A stretch of DNA of 63,779 nt, counting the filler. It is 6 parts of 6 records of this genome, joined end to end, with 100 filler letters (N's around TTAATTAATTAA, not from the genome) between each part and the next. Parts side by side here need not be neighbours in the genome. Positions count along the whole stretch, not along the records: positions 1 to 15,902 come from DRR723986_7420; positions 16,003 to 25,098 come from DRR723986_7425; 4 more parts are not named here. One strand, given 5' to 3'. Under the pieces are notes generated by a model. It was not told the origin of the DNA and did no database searches. It saw only the letters and a list, made by a program, of their open reading frames with translations. A program made the position numbers and the translations under genes. Positions 9,266-19,100 of this stretch are shown in pieces. Within the stretch, counting starts at the first letter, position 1. Each line of letters starts with the position of its first letter.

Positions 9266-10800
9266 TTCGGTTCGGCTTCCTTGGCGAGTTCCCGGAAGCG
9301 CCGGATCTCGCTCAGCCTCAAGCCGGTATATTTGCCCATCAGCAGGCAGGCCGCCATCAGGACGAGAAGAAGCTCAGGGAAATTGAACAGCAGGAATTCA
9401 ATATGCTTGTTCGTCATCACCAGGTAGGAGAGCGAGGCCACAAGCATCGAGCCTGCGCCGGCCTTGATGGCGTCCTCCGGTGAGTACTCTTCCCACATGA
9501 TCGACATGCGTTCGATCGTCATGGTCAGGATGACCATGGGGAACAGCGAGATCGAAAGCCCCATACGCATGTTTGCGCTGTTGAACGTCTGCGCGATCAC
9601 CGCCATGCAGATCACAATGAAGATCAGAACCACTGCCAGCCTTGGAACGAGCAATAATCGGAGCTTCTCAAGATAGAAGCGCATGGCCAGGCCAAGCGCG
9701 ACGAGCAGGGTGAACAGGATCAGGCCGTTCAGCAGGGCCGTCTCACGGAAAGCAATGCCGATCAGGATCGGCATGAAGGTTCCGAGCGTTTCGATTCCGA
9801 TGAACTGGCGCATGAAGACCAGCAGCACGATGCCGGCCGGAATGGTGATCAGCACCTGATAGACGAGCTGTGTGGTGACCGGCAGCCGGTCGAAGCTGAA
9901 CAGTTCGACCGGTGTGCGGTCAGCCCGCGCCGCCTTGCGCACCACGTCAGAGGCCGACGAGTCGATCGGCTGGATCGAGACCTGCGGTTCGAAGTCGAAC
10001 ACACCGTCGGCGCGGATCATTTCCTCGGTGCCATACCAGATGGTGAAGAACTCTTTCGGATCGGAACCGATGAAGTAGCGCTTGTCGCGCCCGTCGACAT
10101 GGTACTCCAGCCAGTGCTGCACTTCCGTGCGGCGGCGGGCTTCGTCAAGGTAAACGCCATTGGCGACCCGCGCGCGGATCCCCTGGCTCTGAAGCGCCTC
10201 AGCGGCGAGTGTCAGACGGTCGAGCGGCGGCGGCAGGACAGGCAGAAGCGCCTCGATCTCGTCGGCGTCCTTCAGGATGAAGATTTCCTGCAGGATCAGC
10301 TCGGCGAGCGAGTCATCATCGGCAGAGCGGCGGCGCATGTCGGAAGACCAGACGAGAAAGGCCTGCCGCTCGAGATCGTTGAGGGATCCCGGTGGGGCGC
10401 GGTCGGCCGGTCGGTGCATTTCAGCGGGCAGGGGAGAGCGCTGGGTTTCCCCTTCGAGACGCGCGCGGTAGCGCAGCACCTTGCGGTCGTTGGGATAGCG
10501 ATAGGTCCAGATTGCCTTGCGGCCATTGTCGTCGTCGGTTTCAAGACGCAGCCCGAAGGCGCCATTGTAATACTGTTCCTGCGAAACCCGGCGCGTATCG
10601 CTGTTGGACGGGACGAAGGTCTCGATCCGCACCGGCTGGTTGGCGGTGTCAAAGTCGAGATAGATTTCGAAATCCCAGGTGGTCGTCTGGGTGCCCGGCG
10701 TGAGCGGGTAGTTGTACTGGAACACCTTGATGCCGAAGATCGTCAGCGCGATCGCGGTCAGCACAAAGGCCAGTAGACGGGTGTGAAAAGTGCTAGTCAC
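9262..10800 (-). CDS. Inactive transglutaminase fused to a 7-TM domain
   Basis: N-terminal TM helix, periplasmic region with transglutaminase-like ARVANGVYL..HWLE lacking the catalytic Cys, C-terminal IGIETLGTFMP, LVPRLA, SLFPMVILTMTIERMS, YTGLRLSE. GTG at 10800 overlaps the upstream gene end. Confidence 0.88.
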   Translation of the reverse strand: MTSTFHTRLLAFVLTAIALTIFGIKVFQYNYPLTPGTQTTTWDFEIYLDFDTANQPVRIETFVPSNSDTRRVSQEQYYNGAFGLRLETDDDNGRKAIWTYRYPNDRKVLRYRARLEGETQRSPLPAEMHRPADRAPPGSLNDLERQAFLVWSSDMRRRSADDDSLAELILQEIFILKDADEIEALLPVLPPPLDRLTLAAEALQSQGIRARVANGVYLDEARRRTEVQHWLEYHVDGRDKRYFIGSDPKEFFTIWYGTEEMIRADGVFDFEPQVSIQPIDSSASDVVRKAARADRTPVELFSFDRLPVTTQLVYQVLITIPAGIVLLVFMRQFIGIETLGTFMPILIGIAFRETALLNGLILFTLLVALGLAMRFYLEKLRLLLVPRLAVVLIFIVICMAVIAQTFNSANMRMGLSISLFPMVILTMTIERMSIMWEEYSPEDAIKAGAGSMLVASLSYLVMTNKHIEFLLFNFPELLLVLMAACLLMGKYTGLRLSEIRRFRELAKEAEPK

Positions 10801-11317
10801 GCTCAGGTACGTTACATTCGTCGTCGGCAATGAAAGTCGATGCGGAATCGACAAGAACGCGGGACGCGAGGAATTCGCGGCCGATCAGGATGTCGTATTC
10901 AAAGTCCTCCCGGTCGGCAAGATTGACTTCAGCCAGACCGCGAACGCCGCCAACACAAATCGGAAGGTGAATCACGGGCCGCCGGATGGTGCCGCCTGTC
11001 TTCAGTTTGATCAGGGCGAAACGGCGGACGTCCTGATCGTAACGAACGGTGCGGCCGTTCTTGCCGCGCAGCCGGAAAGTCACCCAGTCATCCTTGCCGG
11101 ATTTCTTGTACACCTTCACATCGCGACCATAGACCGAGGAGGAGTCAGCGCCGGTATCAAGTTTCCCTTTCATTTCAAGGCCTAACTTGCCGACGTGCAC
11201 GTCTTCGACATAGCCCAGAACTGTCATGTCATCGCGCCCTTCGCGTTCGGCCATGGCAGGTGCAGGCACCAGCGCCATAACGAGTGCGGCACAGATTGGC
11301 AGTCTCAACAGTTTCAC
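10793..11317 (-). CDS. RimK-associated retropepsin-like aspartic protease (annotated 'ATP-dependent zinc protease' family), exported
   Basis: Signal peptide ending APAMA, LGYVE, KLDTGADSSS, RRPVI, LADRE, ILIGREFL; AGGAGG RBS upstream of GTG 11317. Confidence 0.88.
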   Translation of the reverse strand: MKLLRLPICAALVMALVPAPAMAEREGRDDMTVLGYVEDVHVGKLGLEMKGKLDTGADSSSVYGRDVKVYKKSGKDDWVTFRLRGKNGRTVRYDQDVRRFALIKLKTGGTIRRPVIHLPICVGGVRGLAEVNLADREDFEYDILIGREFLASRVLVDSASTFIADDECNVPERD

Positions 11318-11524
11318 GGGGGATCCCCTCCTTCCTGAGCTGTCGCGCGGCAGTCGGCTTAGCATGTGGATGCGTGGTGCGATAGACACTCCACTCGGCG
11401 CGCAGGGGCGGCACAAACACCAGATTCGTGGCGAAAAATGGACGAGGGAAGTTGATGAGCAGTCAGTTGCGCCTGCCGTTCCGCTTCTCGCGCGACAAAG
11501 AGGCTCTGCAGGCCTGATCTGGAC

Positions 11525-12808
11525 TCAGGCAGAAACAGGGAAGACCGGCCAGGAGTCGACGATCGCACCGTCTTCATAGACGGCAATGTCTCCGAATTGC
11601 AGGAAGACCGCTTCGCTCTGTTGCGGGCGGAGGAAAACGAACTCGTCCGGCTGGATGGACAGTTCAGGCCCGCCATTCAGCATTTCCTGGTTCGAGGAAC
11701 GCCCGAAAGTCTTGTTGTATTCCAGACCGGGCGGATCGACCGGGTCGGCGAGCCAGTGACCGCCATGGATGAAGACGGTCTTCTTCGAATTGGGATTCCA
11801 GGCAGAGGCAGTTCCGCTCGCAAACTCGAGGCCCGGCAGGCGGGTCTTGTCGAGCGATTTGATGACCGGTGTCGCGATGAAGCTGGCTGGTTGGTGTGGT
11901 TCAAGAAGTTCCGTGTCGAAATGCGTCGGTTTCACCAGGCAGGACCCTGCGGACACCTCGTTCGCGATATCGGTGGACTGATAGTAGCGATAGGTCGGGC
12001 TGCCGGCTGCGTTGCGGGTCAGGCCCGGCATCCGGTCGCCGCCGATCAGCGTGGCGGCCTGTACAAGGGCAGATGTGTAAGTGTTCCACGCGCCTTTTAG
12101 CGCCTTGTCCCGCCAGCCAAGTGCAGTCGGCAGGGAAGGGATGTGCGGCTCATAGCCCATGAAACCCTTGAACTCGAGATTGGGGTCCGCTTCGATCGCT
12201 TCGATGGTGGCACCAAGGGCAGGTCCCGGCTCAAAGCCGCCGCGGTGCAGGCCGACGTCGAGCTCGAGGACAATCTTCAGGGTCCGGCCGATGTCCGACG
12301 CGAGCGCGGCATATTGCTGAATCCGCTCCGGCGTATCGATCAGCCATTCGATATTGTCCGCTGCTGCGCTGGCATCTGCGGGAAGCGTCTCGAAATAGTG
12401 ACGGGCGGCGCGCACCGGAAGAGGCTTGCCCACAAGCTGGCTTGCATCCGGCATGTCGACGGAGAGCTGGGACAGCATGGGCTGGTTGAACGTCATCAGC
12501 CGGTCTGTGCCGGAAAGATCGCGGATATGAGACAGCAGTCCCATGGAGGGCAGGGATTTCGCAACGATGCGGTAGCCCATGCCCGCGGGCAGGTGCGTCT
12601 TCAGGGTTCTGACATTATCCGAAAGACGCTTCCTGTCGATCACGAGCGTTGGCCAGGCGATGCCGGCGCCGAGCAGGGCAGCCTGAACGCTGAGAAAGTA
12701 TGGATCGCGCGGCCCGCTATGGTCGTGAGGCTTGTTCATCAGGATGGCTCCTCCGGCAGCGACGGCGGCGCCTCCAAGAAACAGGGTGCGGCGCGAAAGT
12801 TCAGGCAT
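11525..12808 (-). CDS. DSD1/D-threonine aldolase-like fold-III PLP enzyme with Tat signal (SphD-like)
   Basis: SRRTLFLGG twin-arginine leader; YRIVAKS (PLP Lys), ELDVGLHRGG, MGYEPH, GSPTY, SAGS, RPQQSE. Confidence 0.85.
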   Translation of the reverse strand: MPELSRRTLFLGGAAVAAGGAILMNKPHDHSGPRDPYFLSVQAALLGAGIAWPTLVIDRKRLSDNVRTLKTHLPAGMGYRIVAKSLPSMGLLSHIRDLSGTDRLMTFNQPMLSQLSVDMPDASQLVGKPLPVRAARHYFETLPADASAAADNIEWLIDTPERIQQYAALASDIGRTLKIVLELDVGLHRGGFEPGPALGATIEAIEADPNLEFKGFMGYEPHIPSLPTALGWRDKALKGAWNTYTSALVQAATLIGGDRMPGLTRNAAGSPTYRYYQSTDIANEVSAGSCLVKPTHFDTELLEPHQPASFIATPVIKSLDKTRLPGLEFASGTASAWNPNSKKTVFIHGGHWLADPVDPPGLEYNKTFGRSSNQEMLNGGPELSIQPDEFVFLRPQQSEAVFLQFGDIAVYEDGAIVDSWPVFPVSA

Positions 12809-14225
12809 CGAAGTCCACTCCGAACAGGAGTGCAAGGTGCGGGTTCAGGAATTTCCCGTCCGGATCGAGGGAGGCGCGCAGGTCAAGGAAGTTATGGAAG
12901 TCCGGATAGAGCGCGATCAGGTCTTCCTTTCCGAGGGAATGCAGCTTGCCCCAGTGCGGACGTCCGCCATGGGCACGGTGGATGGGCTCCAGCGTCGAGA
13001 AGAAATAGTCGTAGGGCTCGTCCACAGCGGCATGCGTGGCAATCGACATGCGTGGGCCGTCATTGAACGGGCTGAGCCACGCATTGTCAGGCGCCGTGAT
13101 CCGGATTTCCATCGGGAAGAAAGTGTCGTTACGGGATTCCAGTGCCGCGATGATCTCCCGCAGGCAGGCAAGGCCGTTCTCAAGCGGAATATGGTATTCC
13201 ATCTCGTTGAACTTGGTCGGCCGCGCGGTGGCAAGCAGCTTCCAGTAAGCGTCCGAGCTTTCCTCGACTTGTCCCTTCGGCAGGCTTCCGGCAGCGATGC
13301 GCCGGCGCAGCCAGGACGACCAGCCGAACACGTCCCGCAATTCCTTGAGACCTGCCAGCGTGTCTTCGTCTTCGTCGGAAACCCGGCCCGTTACCTCACC
13401 CTCGAAAATATCGTGAGAGATCCCGGCGGCATACCCTGTGAACGGGAAGTAGTAGAATTCGAAATTCCGATGTTGTTCCGAAAGATCCATCACGCGGTCG
13501 AGCAGCGTATCCAGCTGTTCCACCCAGACCCGGCGTTTCAGATTATAGGACGGCACACATTTCAGCGTGTACTGAGTGATGACCCCCAATGCGCCGAGCG
13601 AAACCTGGCCGGCGGAGAACAAATCAGGGTCCGAGGCGGCGGTTACATCGCGGGCGGTGCCGTCTGCCGTGACGATCCGGAAGCCTTCGATGTGTGTGTG
13701 CAGGGGCTTGAGCGTCCGGCCTGTGCCATGGGTGGAGGTCGAAAATGATCCCGCGAGGGTCTGCACATCGACATCCGGCAGGTTCAGAAGCGCGAGACCG
13801 GCGGCGTCCAGTTCCCGCGCTGCCTGGCGGATCCGTGTGCCGGCTCCGATCGTGGCCATTCCAGTTTCCGGGTCAGACGAGACCAGTCCTGAAAAGCGGC
13901 TCGCATCCACGATCAGATGTTCTGAGGGGACGAGACCGGTGAAGGAGTGCCCGCTGCCGACAGGGCGCACGCGGCGGGCTTCGGCGAGCGCGCTCGCAAG
14001 GTCGGCTTCGGTGGCGGGTACTGCGATTTGACTGGGTGTGGATTGCTGTATGCCGGACCAGTTGGACCAGGCCACTTCGCCGTCCGGGGCGGGGGGAAGG
14101 TCCGGGCTGTATCCGTCGCGCTTGAAATCCCTCATGCTCCAGCTTGCATACTGGACGCCGGGAATGGCGACGGCTGCAGCGAGCCCGGCCGATCCGAGCA
14201 GAATGGCGCGCCTGGTGGTGCTCAT
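12801..14225 (-). CDS. FAD-linked oxidoreductase, aldonolactone oxidase family, Tat-exported (SphC-like)
   Basis: TRRAILLG leader; WSNWSG, RPVGSGHSF (FAD-binding His), THGTG, SLGALGVI, FNEMEY, GGRPHWGK, DPDGKFLN. Confidence 0.88.
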   Translation of the reverse strand: MSTTRRAILLGSAGLAAAVAIPGVQYASWSMRDFKRDGYSPDLPPAPDGEVAWSNWSGIQQSTPSQIAVPATEADLASALAEARRVRPVGSGHSFTGLVPSEHLIVDASRFSGLVSSDPETGMATIGAGTRIRQAARELDAAGLALLNLPDVDVQTLAGSFSTSTHGTGRTLKPLHTHIEGFRIVTADGTARDVTAASDPDLFSAGQVSLGALGVITQYTLKCVPSYNLKRRVWVEQLDTLLDRVMDLSEQHRNFEFYYFPFTGYAAGISHDIFEGEVTGRVSDEDEDTLAGLKELRDVFGWSSWLRRRIAAGSLPKGQVEESSDAYWKLLATARPTKFNEMEYHIPLENGLACLREIIAALESRNDTFFPMEIRITAPDNAWLSPFNDGPRMSIATHAAVDEPYDYFFSTLEPIHRAHGGRPHWGKLHSLGKEDLIALYPDFHNFLDLRASLDPDGKFLNPHLALLFGVDFDA

Positions 14226-14608
14226 GACTGGCCCTCCGTTGCCATGAATTCGATGAGTGATTTGAAGTCGTCGTCAGTGCAGTCCGGACAGTACCCCATG
14301 GCGGGCATCGTACCGCGGCCGGTTTGAACGGAGGCTAGCAAACCTTCCATTCCACGCTGCTCGAACCGCATGTCCCACGCAGCCGAGTGGCCGGTCAGCG
14401 GGGCGCCCAGTCCATTCAGGGCATGGCAAGCCCGGCAGGACCGGTCATAGATGGCGGCGAGACCGGCATCTGCTGGGACAAGGGTTTCGGCGAGGGCGAT
14501 GTGAGTGGCGTCGGGTTCGACGATTTCCGGCGCGGCGATCTCTTCCGCCCCTCTGGAACAGGCACACATACATGCCAGCAACAGCGTCGCTGTGAAAGTC
14601 CTCACCAT
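14222..14608 (-). CDS. Cytochrome c5-like lipoprotein (SphB-like)
   Basis: Lipoprotein-like leader ending CAC, heme motif CRACH, GAP, axial Met in MPAMG, CPDC disulfide motif of the c5 class. Confidence 0.88.
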   Translation of the reverse strand: MVRTFTATLLLACMCACSRGAEEIAAPEIVEPDATHIALAETLVPADAGLAAIYDRSCRACHALNGLGAPLTGHSAAWDMRFEQRGMEGLLASVQTGRGTMPAMGYCPDCTDDDFKSLIEFMATEGQS

Positions 14609-14710
14609 TTGTCTCCCCGTCCGTTGCCCGGATCGTATTTTAGATAGCTAGTACTATCATTACAGGACACATCAAAATGAGTCTATCGTGGAAAGAACAG
14701 ACAATCGAAT

Positions 14711-15331
14711 CTATTCGTTTCTGGAGGAATTCCGGACGTCTTCGTTCATGGCAGCAAGGCGGAGACTGACCTCGTAAGCCTTCCTGGTCTCCATACCGGC
14801 GAGAATCATGCCGGCCTGTTCGGAGCGCATGAGTCGCAGGAAGCCGGCTGCAAAGTCGGAGTCCATCTGATTGAAGATCGACGCCGCCTGGTCCGGTTTC
14901 ATCGTGCCGTACATGCGTGCCAGATGATCCATGTCATCATTCGAGGCGTCCTGGAGCTGGCCCCACCGATCCTGAAGCGTTGCTTCGACCGCCTGAAGAT
15001 CGGATGCGCGGCGGTCCAGTTCCTGCTGGCGTGCGAGCAGTTCAAGTTCCAGTTCCTGCAAGGCAGCTTGTTGTTCTTTCAGTTTTTTCTGGTCATCCGC
15101 CAGAAGCGCAGCGGTCTCGGCTGTAAAACAGACCTGGTCGATCTGTTTGGTCCCTGCCGCAATCGGCGCGGGTGCCGGAGTGTGGTCCCCGGCGTCGGCT
15201 GGATGGGCCGTCTTCTGCGGGCTCTCTGCAATCGCCAGGTTGCTGGGCAGGAACCTGACGGCGGCACCCAGCGTGAACAGGAATCCCAGCGTCAGCAGGA
15301 CATAAGATCGGCTGTTGTTGAGAGACTTCAT
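14711..15331 (-). CDS. MotE-family flagellar motor accessory protein
   Basis: N-terminal TM, coiled coil, then LARMYGTMKPDQAASIF...AGMILAGM typical of the MotE/FlbB (MgtE_N-like) domain. Confidence 0.75.
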   Translation of the reverse strand: MKSLNNSRSYVLLTLGFLFTLGAAVRFLPSNLAIAESPQKTAHPADAGDHTPAPAPIAAGTKQIDQVCFTAETAALLADDQKKLKEQQAALQELELELLARQQELDRRASDLQAVEATLQDRWGQLQDASNDDMDHLARMYGTMKPDQAASIFNQMDSDFAAGFLRLMRSEQAGMILAGMETRKAYEVSLRLAAMNEDVRNSSRNE

Positions 15332-15361
15332 GGCAGGCTACCCGTTTCGTCTTCTGCGAGG

Positions 15362-15835
15362 TCAACGCCCGGTGGTCTGGGCAAGGGGGCGATAGTCTTC
15401 GTCGGCGTCTTCAGTCATTTCACGCATGTCCTGCATGACTCGGTTCATTTCCATGATGCGGGTCTTGGACTGGTCGAGGATGATCCGCATCATCGTGCTG
15501 AGTTCAGCCTGAGAGGCCGTCACTTGGTCGACAGCGTCTTTCTGTGTCGCTTCAAGGGATGCTTTCAGCTCTTCCAGCCGGGCGCAGGTCTGTTTTGCAT
15601 CTTCCAGCTGCGTTGCGAGGCGTGCAGCCATTTCGCCAACATGGGAGCGTGTCTCCTTGGTCGAGCTGGACATGGCGGCAATCGATTTGGACATGGCCAT
15701 GATGGTTGCGCCGAGTCCGTCGCGTGTATCCTGCAGGGCTTTCAGCCGGCGGTTGAGCACAAAGCAATACACACAGGCGGCGAAGGACACGAGGATGATG
15801 GCAATGTCGGTGGCTTCAATTGGCATGGGGCTCAC
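15362..15835 (-). CDS. Membrane-anchored coiled-coil protein of alphaproteobacterial flagellar clusters (DUF6468-like)
   Basis: ACVYCFVLNRRLKALQD..GLGATI motif followed by a coiled coil; lies between a FliL-like end and motE. Confidence 0.6.
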   Translation of the reverse strand: MSPMPIEATDIAIILVSFAACVYCFVLNRRLKALQDTRDGLGATIMAMSKSIAAMSSSTKETRSHVGEMAARLATQLEDAKQTCARLEELKASLEATQKDAVDQVTASQAELSTMMRIILDQSKTRIMEMNRVMQDMREMTEDADEDYRPLAQTTGR

Positions 15836-15902
15836 CTCAGCAGGAATTCTGTGATCAGGACGCCTTCGGAGACGGTAGCGTCCCGGGGCGTGGTGTAAAT
15901 TC
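15832..15902 (-). CDS. C-terminal fragment of a FliL-like protein (contig edge)
   Basis: Reads ...TVSEGVLITEFLLR*, resembling the FliL C-terminal VLITEF strand; only 22 codons visible. Confidence 0.45.
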
Positions 15903-16002
15903 NNNNNNNNNNNNNNNNNNNNNNNNNNNNNNNNNNNNNNNNNNNNTTAATTAATTAANNNNNNNNNNNNNNNNNNNNNNNNNNNNNNNNNNNNNNNNNN
16001 NN
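15903..16002. other. Artificial contig linker
   Basis: N44-TTAATTAATTAA-N44 (stops in all six frames); gene content changes across it. Confidence 0.99.
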
Positions 16003-16036
16003 GGGAAATGCCAGGGGCGAAGTGCTCAGGCCTCTC

Positions 16037-16102
16037 AAAAAAATTAACAAAACAAAAATCACAAGGCCGCCTGCGTGTGGTGCACCCACGCAAACGACCT
16101 TG
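16037..16102 (-). terminator. Intrinsic terminator of the FG-GAP gene
   Basis: Minus-strand 16-bp stem CAAGGUCGUUUGCGUG/CACGCAGGCGGCCUUG (16062-16102; its G-U pairs form only on this strand) followed by UGAUUUUUGUUUUG. Confidence 0.75.
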
Positions 16103-16126
16103 ATTAACAGCTCGCAGAATCCAGCC

Positions 16127-19100
16127 TTAGTCCACAATCCGCACAGATATGTGAGCCTCGACGGCTTCGGCGACATTTGCGGTGTCGCTGCCCTGACCCC
16201 TTGCGCGTAGTGTGACCGTGTATGCACCCTTCGGTAGGTTCAGACTGGTAAGATCCCACTCAATTTGATGCGTACCGGCAGAGCGTATGCCACATTCCAG
16301 CCGATTAAGCTCGGCGCCACGCAAGTCAGTCAAGATAACTTCTAGACTCGATGTGTTAAGCAGCTTGCAGTGCAATGTTAATTTGTCGCGCAGGGGATTG
16401 GGACGCACCTGTGCCTCTAGCGGATTCTGCAGGTCGTCAACTCGCTTAGTTAACAAGGACTTCTTGCTGTTGTTAACCATCAGGCTGACTGTAGCAGTTG
16501 AGCTGCCGCCGTGACCATCGTCAATCGTATAGGTGAATTGATCCGCGCCGAGCGTAGTTCCGGCGTTATATGTTAAGAGACTGCCGCCGCCCGTGATGTC
16601 GACCGTGCCCAGCGCACCATCCGTTTTGCTTACAATTTTTAGGCTGTGGTTATCTGCATCGCTGTCATTGTTTAATGCTGCAATCTGCACTGCGGCATTC
16701 TTAAACGCAATGTGTCCGGTATCATCCACGGCCTGCGGCTGACGGTTGCGATACACCACCGAGACCGCGTCGGCGATAGAAGCCGCGCCGTAGCCATATT
16801 GGCCGGCATTGCTCAGGTCCAGGCCGCGAATATCGTTAATGTTAATATTTACCCGGTGTGCAAAGTCCAGGCGGCCGTCATCCTGGCGTGCAAACAGAGC
16901 GATCGCCTTTTCGTGTTCGGAGGCCGTCCATACCTGCCGTCCGGCCTTGGAAACTGCAAGGTTTGAGGCGCGTTCCAAACCGTCAACGCCATTCTGTCCA
17001 TCTTTGAGTCTCTCAACAAAACTTAACAATCCACTCTGATTGTTCCTGTCAAACACGGACAGGGCATCATCTTCGAAACCAGCTGCGTATAGCTGCCGGC
17101 CGTCTGCTGCCACGGACAGTGCTCTAACTCCATTGAGTCCGTCTACTCCATTGAAACCGTCGCGAACCTGGCCCAGATACGTTAATGTTCCACTGGAGGA
17201 ACTGCGGGCCAGAATTCCGATCTTGTCTTCGCCAAAGCCCGCCGTATACACATGCAGTCCGTCCGGTGAAACTGCCAGGTCGAGCACGCCTTTTAAGCCG
17301 TCAACTCCGCCAACACCATCTTTGAGGCCTTCCAGCCACTGCATTTCACCAGTCAGAGTGTTAAAGTCAAATACGCCGATGCTGTTGACTAAATTCGCTG
17401 CCACGTAAACATTCGATCCGTCGGGACTTAGCGCCAACGCGCGCGGCCGTTTAAGAGCCGTGATTTTGCCGCCGGAATCCGTCTGGCCATGTTTGCGCTT
17501 ATCACTAAAAGTTAATTCACCAGTACTGATGTCCCTGCTAAATACAACCAGGCTGTTATCGCCATAGCCGCAGGCAAACAGCCACCTCCCGTCGCTGGAG
17601 ACCGCGAGATCCTGCACGCTCCTGAGGCCGCTGACTCCGCCGCGTAGGTTGCGCACGCGCGTGACGTAGGTCAGCAGGCCGTCTGAAGTATTCCGCGCAA
17701 AAATAGCAATCGAATGATCCTGGCGGCCGGCTACATACACAAACTTGCCATCGGGGCTGACACTCGTATTGATTGCTCCGTTTAATCCGCGGAGTGCGCC
17801 GCTGCGGTTTTTATATCTTGCCAGGTATTCCAGGTTCACACGTGCAGCGGGTTCCTGCACGGCCACCTGAATCACTCCGGCGGAGGTGCATCCCAAGGCA
17901 TTTTCGGCAGTGTAGTTAAACACTTCGATTCCGCCGAAGCCGCTGTTGGGCGTATACGTCACAATTCCGTTAGTGTGGCTTGCGATTCCATTGTCCGGAG
18001 TCTGCAGGGCCACAATGCTCAGAGCGGTACCCGAATCGTTTTGCAGCACAGCCAATGTTACACTCAGTGATGCCGACGTAGCTGCGAAGTCACTTGCAAG
18101 AGTGAGCAGGGAAGGACTTAGATTAAGTGAACTCGCCGTCGTGCAGCCATTCGCATAGGTTCGCAGCAGTGAGATACTGTGATTTGAGCTGCCTTGCAGC
18201 CAAAGAACGTCAATTTCGGCTGAACCCTGACCACGCAGAATTGTACCTCCATCGGCCGTCCACAAAAAGTTGATCGCATCTTGCGCCGGCAGCGCATTGT
18301 AGGGTGAACTGTTGTTAACACATGCGGCACGGGTGGCACCTTTGATTGGAGTCTCGGAATTATCCAGAATGCAGACATCAATCGATTGGCGCGTGCTGGC
18401 CAGGCCGTCGGAAACAGTAATAACTATCTGCGTAGTACCACTCGTGTGGCACTCAGACACAAAGTCTAAAGACATCGAGGCGGCCGTAGCGCCAAGTGTA
18501 AGATTCCCGTCAGCAATCAGATTCTGATTCGCCGACGTTGCAGTTACAAACAAATCGCCAATGTTATTATCAACGTCGTTAAGTAACAGCGTCGCGCTGC
18601 TTACGCCATTCGGCAGGAGCGTAAGTTTGGCGGGCAGCTGCAGCGTCGGCGGATCGTTAAGTGCCAGAATGTTAACATTGACTGTCGTCGTCGACTGCAG
18701 GTCACCATCGCTGACGGAAAAACTAAGTGGTGCGCTGCCGTTGAAGTCTTGCGCCGCGACGATCAAAAACTGCGTCGAGGCCGTTGTGGCTCCCACCTGT
18801 GTGATCGATGCTATGCTGCTGCCGTCTGTTAATGGGGGAGTAATCCGGAGGCCGGCCAGACCGGGCCAGACATCGTCAATTGTTAACACAATCGTTGTTG
18901 AGCTGTCTTCAGCAATACTGACTGTTGGTTCGGTGGCCTGGATCAGTGGTTGATCGTTTGTGACGGTAAAGACCGCCGAGGTGGAACCACCTGCAGCATC
19001 TATCTGTAAGGTTAACGTACCGGCGGTAGATACTAAACCAGAAATCAACTCAACAGAAAGTGATGTGGATGAATTTCCTTGAACTGCAAGTTCGCGAAAA

